A DNA stretch of 63,857 nt, filler included, from Olpidium bornovanus S191 (taxonomy: Eukaryota; Fungi; Olpidiomycota): the NCBI GenBank assembly GCA_017911155.1. It is 30 parts of 30 records of this genome, joined end to end, with 100 filler letters (N's around TTAATTAATTAA, not from the genome) between each part and the next. Parts side by side here need not be neighbours in the genome. Positions count along the whole stretch, not along the records: positions 9,671 to 13,478 come from JAEFCI010003635.1; positions 13,579 to 16,798 come from JAEFCI010005980.1; positions 16,899 to 18,376 come from JAEFCI010000992.1; positions 18,477 to 19,653 come from JAEFCI010005935.1; 26 more parts are not named here. One strand, written 5' to 3'. The position numbers and the translations under genes are program-made. Shown here piece by piece: positions 12,484-19,753 of the stretch. The notes under the pieces are model-generated. The model did no database searches, had not been told where the DNA came from, and saw only the letters and a program-made list of their open reading frames with translations. How positions within the stretch are numbered: position 1 is the first letter of the stretch; each line of letters starts with the position of its first letter.

Positions 12484-13478
12484 ACGGAGCTTGCAAGGCG
12501 AAGGAGTTGGCCAAGTCGGTCGTGCCTGAGTCTGTCGCATGCTGCAGTTCCAAGGGAAATGGGAGGCGCTTGGGGCGGAAATACTGTTCGAGCTTGGCCG
12601 GGCAGGAAAGATTTGCGTGTGGTTCCCAAGTATTGTCTGTAGGAGCCTATCCTTTCCACTTAATGCGGAAGGAGTAGCCTTGCACAGGATCATAGCGGTG
12701 ATCGGTGATATGGTCGACAACGTAGATGTCATCCTTGTCGGCGTCAAGAGGAATGTCGGGGTCGGCCAGATCAGGCGAGCAGTCGCCGTGCACTGGAGAG
12801 GGTGGCCAGTCGGCGGGATCGTATTGGTGGGATTCGTCGACGGTCACATCATAGCGCTCGAGAATCTCATCGGTGATTGGGTCCCAAAGTCTGTACCCTT
12901 TAGAAGTGTCAGAGTAACCAACAAGAATGAGTTTCTCACCTGCAGGAGACAATTTGGTCTCACGCTGGTCCCGTGGTAAGTGTGAGTAGCAGGTGCTGCC
13001 GAGGATGCGGAAATGAGACCTATCTGGACGACTGTGATGTGCTGGATCAATCTCCGCGATGAGGAGCTTGAAGTTGATTCCAGAATGAGGAGAGTGGTTG
13101 TAAATCTTGACCGTAGCCAACCAGATTTCGGCCCAAAATCTGGAAGGAAGTCTAGTGGCAACGAGAGTTGCCCAGGTGCGTTCTTCCAACGTGCGGTTGA
13201 GGCGTTCGGTGACTCCGTTCTGCTCTGGTGTGCCGCGAATCGTTTGTTGGCGGACGACGCCGGAGTCGACGAGTTCCATGTCATAGGGGCCGGAGCAGTA
13301 TTCTCGGCCCCTGTCAGCGCGGTGTATCTTGAGAATGCGGCCCGTAACATTTTGGAGTAGATTCTGGGTTGCTCGGAATTTCTGTAGGGCTGTGTTGCTA
13401 TCCTTCATTGGAATTGCAAAAAATTTAGCGTAACGGCTACACTGTTCGCCTGAAAGTAATGACATATTTCTCATCATG
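12484..13478 (-). mobile_element. Ty1/copia element A fragment: integrase core, SH3-like domain and chromodomain (degenerate)
   Basis: HRADRGREY, TPEQNGVTERLNRTL and LVGYSDTSKGYRLWDP, then DIYVVDHITDHRYDPVQGYSFRIKWKG*APTDNTWEPHANLSCPAKLEQYF (12730-12578) with an in-frame TAG at 12647-12649. Confidence 0.93.
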
Positions 13479-13578
13479 NNNNNNNNNNNNNNNNNNNNNN
13501 NNNNNNNNNNNNNNNNNNNNNNTTAATTAATTAANNNNNNNNNNNNNNNNNNNNNNNNNNNNNNNNNNNNNNNNNNNN

Positions 13579-14328
13579 GCGACGCGGACTGGGCGGGTTG
13601 TCGCACAACGAGGGCATCGACGAGCGGCCTGCTCGTCATGTACCAGGAGGGCCCCATATCCTGGAGATCGAAGCGCCAGACGTGCGTAGCCACGTCCTCA
13701 TGCGAAGCGAAGTTCATCGCAGGGTCAGCTGCTGCTCAAGAGATAAAATGGCTGTGATCGATCCTGTCTACATTGGACCCGTCGTCAGTGAAAGCACAAA
13801 CAACGCTCCAGACCGATAACAATGGCGCTGCCGAATTGGCTGGTGATGCCAAGACCTCCAGGCGGTCAAAACACATCGACATAAAGTATTACCATCTGAG
13901 GTGGAGCGTCGCCGAAGGCACGATCAAGATTGAAAGGGTGTCATCGGCTGAAAACCCAGCTGATATCTTCACTAAGCCGCTGGACCGATTAAAGTTTGAG
14001 AAATTCCGCGGTCACATCGGTATGCGCGAGCGAACCGTCCAAACGTGAAACCGCCAGGGCCGCCAAGCCCGGAAGCCTCGGAAAGGTACTCCCCACGAAT
14101 TTGGAGTGACCATGGGCACGGTGCGCTTAGTGAAGAGGGGTGCAGAGAATAAAAGGGCAAAATAAAGGGGGAAGCTTAGACACTGCGCGCACCAGCCTGC
14201 GTTGCCCCTTTGTAGAATCCCCAGCTCCCGTGATATAAAATAGAGCTAGAGCAAACTAGTAAACAAACGCCCAGAACACAAAATAAAGTTCTCCTTTCTT
14301 CGTCTTCGTCTTCGGCCCGGCTCCAACA
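13579..14328 (+). mobile_element. Ty1/copia 3' end: RNase H, PPT (14129-14140) and 3' LTR (14141-14328)
   Basis: CDADWAG..STSG, SWRSKRQ..SSCEA, TDNNGA, RSKHIDIKY and NPADIFTKPL. AGTGAAGAGGGG is followed by TG..CTCCAACA containing TATAAAA and AATAAA. Confidence 0.92.
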
Positions 14329-14697
14329 TCCCCGCCCCCCCCCCCCCCCTTCCCCCGCCCCCCCCCGGCCCGCAATTGGCCGCCCGCCCTGTGCGTGTGG
14401 CCTCGCGCCCCCGCGAGCTGGGGGAGGAGACGCGCGAAAAAAAAAAAAAAAAACAGAAAAAAAAAAGGAAACAACGCAGCGCGGCGGGCGGCGGAAGACC
14501 GGCAGGGAAGCGAAAACCCAGGCGCGGCCCGTGACGGGTGTGCGTGTTGCGTGGCGTTTCGGAGCTGGACGGCCCGGGGGAAAGAGAGCGAGAGGGAGGG
14601 GCGGGCGCAGGTCCGCACCTGTTCTTCCCGCTCGCCGCGGGCGGTCCGGCAGGGGGGCCCGGGGAAAGCAAGGAGAAGGAGAGGGAGGGACGGGGTG

Positions 14698-14900
14698 TGT
14701 AGAAAAAAAAGGAGGGGGGGAGGCGGAGCCGTAAACGCACCCGCGTTAGCCCTGCGTAAATTCCTTAGTTACCGCCATATAAAATAGGGCCAGGGGAAAC
14801 TAGAAAAACAAACACCCCAAATACAGTTATCCTTTCCTTCCCGTTCTTTCGGGCTCGCGGTATACGCTGCGCCTTCGCCTTCTTCGGCTCGGCTCCAACA
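14698..14900 (+). repeat. 5' LTR of copia element B
   Basis: TGTAGA..CGGCTCCAACA. It shares ATATAAAATAG.GC.AG.G.AAACTAG.AAACAAAC.CCC and TCTTCGGC.CGGCTCCAACA with the LTR at 14141-14328 and is followed directly by a PBS. The left boundary is approximate. Confidence 0.8.
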
Positions 14901-14914
14901 GGTTATGAGTCCAG
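14901..14914 (+). promoter_or_regulatory. Primer-binding site complementary to the anticodon stem-loop of tRNA-iMet (half-tRNA priming)
   Basis: GGTTATGAGTCCAG directly after the LTR CA end. It is the reverse complement of the initiator-tRNA segment GGGCTCATAACC with one G-U pair. Confidence 0.85.
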
Positions 14915-16898
14915 GGGGACCGCCCTGACCACGAATCGCGGAGCTTACCGCCGAAGAAGCAGAGGACAAAAAGAAACTTTGCCGTCCGTCGGCAACTGCG
15001 CGAAAAAGTCCTCTCGCCTTTCGCCGCCCGTCGGTGGTGTCCACGGCACCATGAGCGCAAACAGCGCCCTCTTCCCAGTCCGCAGAAGCACGGGGAAATC
15101 ATCCACGTGCACTTCGTTGGCCCATTCCCGAGGCCATCCTCGGGAAACCGCTACGCGTTGACCTTCGAGAGGGGAGGTCACGCCACGCCTGGGCATATTG
15201 CATCCCAAACAAGCAGGAGGCAACTACCCATGCAGCGTTGATCGATTACCTCCCATACGTGGAGCGGCAACTTAACGCCACCCGTCAAAACTCATAGGTC
15301 GGATCGAGGCAGGGAGTTTGCGGGGGGGAATCCGAAAGAACCCGAAAAAACCCGAATCCGAAAGGGCCCGAAACCCGCGGGATCCGCCAAGAAACGACCA
15401 TACGTGAAACTCCCCAGCAAAACGGGATAGCTGAGAGGATAAACCGCACCCCTGGCGGAAAAATCGAGTGCGCTCCTTATGACGGCCAACCTGCCCGTCA
15501 AGCTCTGGGACGAAATGTGGAGAACCGCCGTATACCTTTAAACTGATCCCCCTCATTGCGGCATCGATGGTCAGATCCCGCGTCTGGTCTTCACCGGGCG
15601 TACCGACCTGAACTTCGGTCACCTCTGTTAGGTCAGGAACATGGCCTACGCGCACATCCTGAAGGCAAAAAGGGACGGGAGCGCAGGAAAATCGAAGCCC
15701 GCGGCGGAAAAGAGGGTTTTGGTGGGTTACCCGACCTCCAGCAAAGGGTATCAGCTAGGGGACCCATCCGGCAACTCAATCATTGAAAGGTATGAGGTGA
15801 CCATTGAGTCCAAGATGTACACGCTGCCGGAAGATGCCTCCGATGACTGACGAGGCGTGGCAATAATGGAGGAGGGTCCCAGTGCCCAAACAAGGACGGA
15901 GATCCTCACGCACATGTATGCGAAAGGAGGAGCCCCACGTTTCAAGGCAAAATGGACTGATGACACTGTCAGCTGGGAAGAAACACACACGCTCCCTGCC
16001 GAGATGGTCGGAAATTATTTCAAATTGTCAAGCCTCCCGACACCGCCGGATATCGAAGACTCCATGACTGGTTCTGTCCTGGAACAGGCGCTGGCCGCGG
16101 CGGCTGGCCTCGCCCAGGGTCAGTCTGTCGCTTAAAGCGAACCCTCTACGGGTTAAAGCAGAGTGGCCTGGTGTGGAATCAATGACTACACGAAGAGCTA
16201 ATGGCGCTCGGGTTGGTACAATCCCCGTTGGAACCATGTGTCTATACCCTTCGGGAAGGAACAACGACACAGCTTGTAATAGCCGTGTACGTTTGACAAT
16301 ATACTACTCACTGGACCAAGCGAAGAGGCCGTGTCAAAATTTGAGAACTCCTTGGCTGAAAAATTCAATATGACATACGGAGAGGATTTGACGTTCATCC
16401 TGGGAACCGCAGTGACCACAACCGCCAGTATGCGACTTCTTGACCAGAAACACTATATTACAAGTGCTCAAAAGGTTCGGCATGCTGGACGCAGAACCCG
16501 CCGTCACGCCGATGGAAAGCGGCATTATAGAGAAGCTGCAAAGGACCACAGACGCGGACGCGAGCGACCAAGCAAAATACGCCGAAGCTATATGGTCACT
16601 CCTGTGGATATCAATGATGACGCGCCCTGACATATCGTTTGCCACCTCGTTCTTTCCCCAATCATCACCAACCCCACCCATGGGCATTGGGCGGCAGTCA
16701 AAAGTGATGAGGTATTTGCGTGGAACAATTTGACTTGGGGATCACGCTTGAGGGAGGGCCACACCACTCCAATGAGCTCGGGACATTCTGTGATGCGANN
16801 NNNNNNNNNNNNNNNNNNNNNNNNNNNNNNNNNNNNNNNNNNTTAATTAATTAANNNNNNNNNNNNNNNNNNNNNNNNNNNNNNNNNNNNNNNNNNNN

Positions 16899-17378
16899 CA
16901 TGACTTCCACGGCGTCCTCTCCTGCCGGGAAAAGGTGCACGTTCGCTGCGGCGTTCACGCGGCAGCTGTTCAGGCACGCCGGACTGAAATCCGTCAGGTA
17001 CGTCCTGCTGGCCCCGCAGACGGCGGCCGCCAGGCCGGCCAAACCGGTGCCTGACCCAAGCTCGAGCACGACGCGTCCGCTGACCGGTATCTCGCCGTCG
17101 TCGAGGAGCCTGGGCCGACGTTGAAATCATTATTAGACGAGTTCGCCGAAACCGCGGGTGCGACCTTAAACCAGGCAAACGGGGAAGACTCCCGATACGC
17201 ACCTGGCCAGCGCCCGGGCGGCGCCCCAGGTCTTGAAGCCGATGTCGCCTTCGGCAAGTCCCGGCTCCTTGACAGACAGCCCGACGCCTCTCCGCGGCAG
17301 AGGCCACTCCCGCACAACGGCGCCAGTCGCCGCGCGGCCGCACAGGTGGGCTATGACGGCCGCGACCCTGTCCGGTAT

Positions 17379-17415
<37 letters not shown>

Positions 17416-17723
17416 GTGTCCCCTGCGCCGGTATTCTCCGCGACCGCCGCCTCCGCCTCGAGAGATCCTCCGCGCGGAGGATTGCCGACCACGGCGAGGA
17501 GCCAAGCGAGGGCGGGGCGCGGGACCGTCGCCGCGAACGCCGCCCTGCACTCGAGGAAAACGGGGTCGGTGGAGTCCGCCCCGGCGGGGTCGTAGAGGTA
17601 CATCCGCACGAGCGACTCGAGCTCTTCGAGCAGCGCTACCACCGCGGCGCGGCTGGACCTGTCGCAGTCCGCCAGGCGGTCCAGCAGTCCGTCGAACCGG
17701 TCGCCGCGCCCGGCGCACGCCAT
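16899..17723 (-). CDS. Seven-beta-strand protein-lysine methyltransferase, METTL21/Efm2-like; 3' partial
   Basis: EPGLAEGDIGFKTWGAARALAR|LLDDGEIPVSGRVVLELGSGTGLAGL (motif I), YLTDF and NAAAN; one GT-AG intron ~17112-17185. Confidence 0.85.
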
Positions 17724-18476
17724 GGCGAACGGCGGAGCGGCGGCGGGTGTTTGCCTGGCTTCGGTTCCGTACGCCTCTCCGCCGCCTCGGAGAGTTTCCC
17801 GGGAATTACGAGTGGCCCGCGCAGCGTGTTTCCAAATGCGTTTTTTTTTTTTTTTTTTTTTTTTTCCGTACAACAACTCTCCCCTCCCCTCCCCCCCAAC
17901 CAAACAACACCAACAGCAACAAACAACAACGACATCAACGACAACATCAACAAAAACATCCCTCCAAACTTGGCGGACGGGGAGATTTCTTGTTCCCCCC
18001 CCCCCACTCTCCGAGGGTTTTCTTTCTCCCTGGAGGAGAAAAGGGGAGCTCGTCTAACCCCTCCCCGTGGTGCTCCCTGTGCACCGCTCCCGGACCCAGC
18101 AGGGCCTGCTTGAGTTTGACTTCAGGTAGGCATCCCACGTCTTTGCAGCTGCGGCAGCAGCAGCAGCACGACTCCTCCGAGCGGGACGTCCGCCGAGGCT
18201 CGTTTGAAGTGGCGTGGTCAAGACGTGTCGCGTACGCGCCTTCGCTTGCAGCCGACAATTGAACCGCGGGCTCTTTTGATACGTGCATTTATGTTCTCAG
18301 ACACTCCCTGGTACCCCAATTTTGAGTCTCGCGCACATTGTAGGATTACAAGAACAAGAATCGAACACTCCCCATGNNNNNNNNNNNNNNNNNNNNNNNN
18401 NNNNNNNNNNNNNNNNNNNNTTAATTAATTAANNNNNNNNNNNNNNNNNNNNNNNNNNNNNNNNNNNNNNNNNNNN

Positions 18477-18860
18477 CATGCGAACTATGACGCAATTTCT
18501 CACAAAGCATCCAACGCAAATCTTTATGCAAACTCGGACACGGAAACCGAATCAAATTATCTATAAACCAGGAGCAGGTTCGGACGCGGAGTCAAGTACA
18601 GATTTAAAAGCAGAATCAGCCCCGGATTCACAGGCATAATGTGACGCAGCTTCAGAGGCAAAATCAGATGCGTATTCAGGGACAAAATATGAAACGGATT
18701 CAGAAGCAGAAACTGGCGCACATTCTGATTGCAGAATTCTGATAAAGACACAGATTCTGCAGTATTCAATGCAACAACCGACGGAGATTCAGATGCGGAA
18801 TACGTCGCAGATTCAGAGGCAGAAGTTGATGCGGATTCAGGCGCGGACTCCTACACGGAA
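18477..18860 (+). repeat. Degenerate ~12-nt periodic repeat encoding D/S/E/A-rich peptide, broken by stops and frameshifts
   Basis: Recurrent GATTCAGA(G/T)GC; translates as SDAESSTD.., TDSEAETG and DSDAEYVADSEAEVDADSGADS. Confidence 0.55.
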
Positions 18861-19466
18861 CGCGAACAAAAAGAAAAGTCCGCCGCCGGACCCCGTAGCG
18901 AAAGAGGAAAAACCACGGCCCGCCAATTTACCGACGCGCGAGAAATAAACGTTGAGAATAAGAACGCGCTCTTTAAGAAAGCTCCCGCCGGAGGGGAGGG
19001 GAGGGGGGGAAATTTAAAAAAAAAATCGGGATCGCGAGCGGGAGACCTCGGGGTACCGCCGTCGCCTTCCGACTTCGACCGCCGCCAGCGTCGCACCCTC
19101 TCTCGTGCCGGGACTCAATGATCCTCCCCGTGCACACTTCCCCACCTCCACTTCTTTCAAACCTCCCCGCCCCAACCCACTCCACACACACACACACCCC
19201 GCCGCCCGACCATGTTTCCCTTACCGTCATTCTTTCCCACTCGCCGATGCCGCGCGGCACACAACCCGCCCTTTGTCGCCCGCCCGCCGAATACCCGACA
19301 TTCCGCGGTGTACTCGGCCATCATCCCTTTGCCGACGAAGAAGCAAGCGATGTATCAGAAGTCCAATTTCATCGATGCAAGATAAAACGGACATCGCATT
19401 GCACATTGAATTGTAAAATTTGGTATATTTGTGTTTCGGGGACTATGAACCAAACAAATTGGATGC

Positions 19467-19653
19467 CCTTGGACTACGCTACTGGAGGAATTTCAGCTGG
19501 CTACAAAGGGAACGTAGTTCAAATGGGGGGAGGCCCTCGGACCTACGCTCCTACCGGAGTTTTGGCTGCCTACGCACCCGGTTTGCCGGGATCAGAGAGG
19601 ACGTAGTTCTAATTGGGGGGGGGGAGGCCCTCGGACCTACGCTGCTACCGGAG
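19467..19653. repeat. Three degenerate direct repeats with core CCCTCGGACCTACGCT..TACCGGAG
   Basis: Copies at ~19467, ~19534 and ~19628. The last two share ACGTAGTTC..ATTGGGGGGAGGCCCTCGGACCTACGCT. Confidence 0.75.
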
Positions 19654-19753
19654 NNNNNNNNNNNNNNNNNNNNNNNNNNNNNNNNNNNNNNNNNNNNTTA
19701 ATTAATTAANNNNNNNNNNNNNNNNNNNNNNNNNNNNNNNNNNNNNNNNNNNN

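Larger units (their letters stand above)
14698..16798 (+). mobile_element. Ty1/copia element B, internally deleted and degenerate: LTR-PBS-IN-chromodomain-RT (C-terminal half)-start of RNase H
   Basis: IIHVHFVGPF, SRHAWAY, RSDRGREF, TPQQNGIAERINRT and LVGYPTSSKGY; EILTHMYAKGGAPRFKAKWTDDTVSWEETHTLPAEMVGNYF (15899-16021); VCRLKRTLYGLKQ, EPCVY, TRPDIS and FCDA. Many stops and frameshifts. Confidence 0.92.

Noticed and set aside
12647-12649. Programmed TAG readthrough or TAG-to-Tyr recoding in the chromodomain
   Set aside because: The same copy has other lesions (the first catalytic Asp region is degenerate), and a host gene (ECO1, 38763-38765) appears to end on TAG. A nonsense mutation is simpler.
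14141-14900. Two-LTR circle junction of a single element
   Set aside because: The LTRs differ in length and sequence, are 369 bp apart, and the overlapping CDA codons at the contig ends differ.
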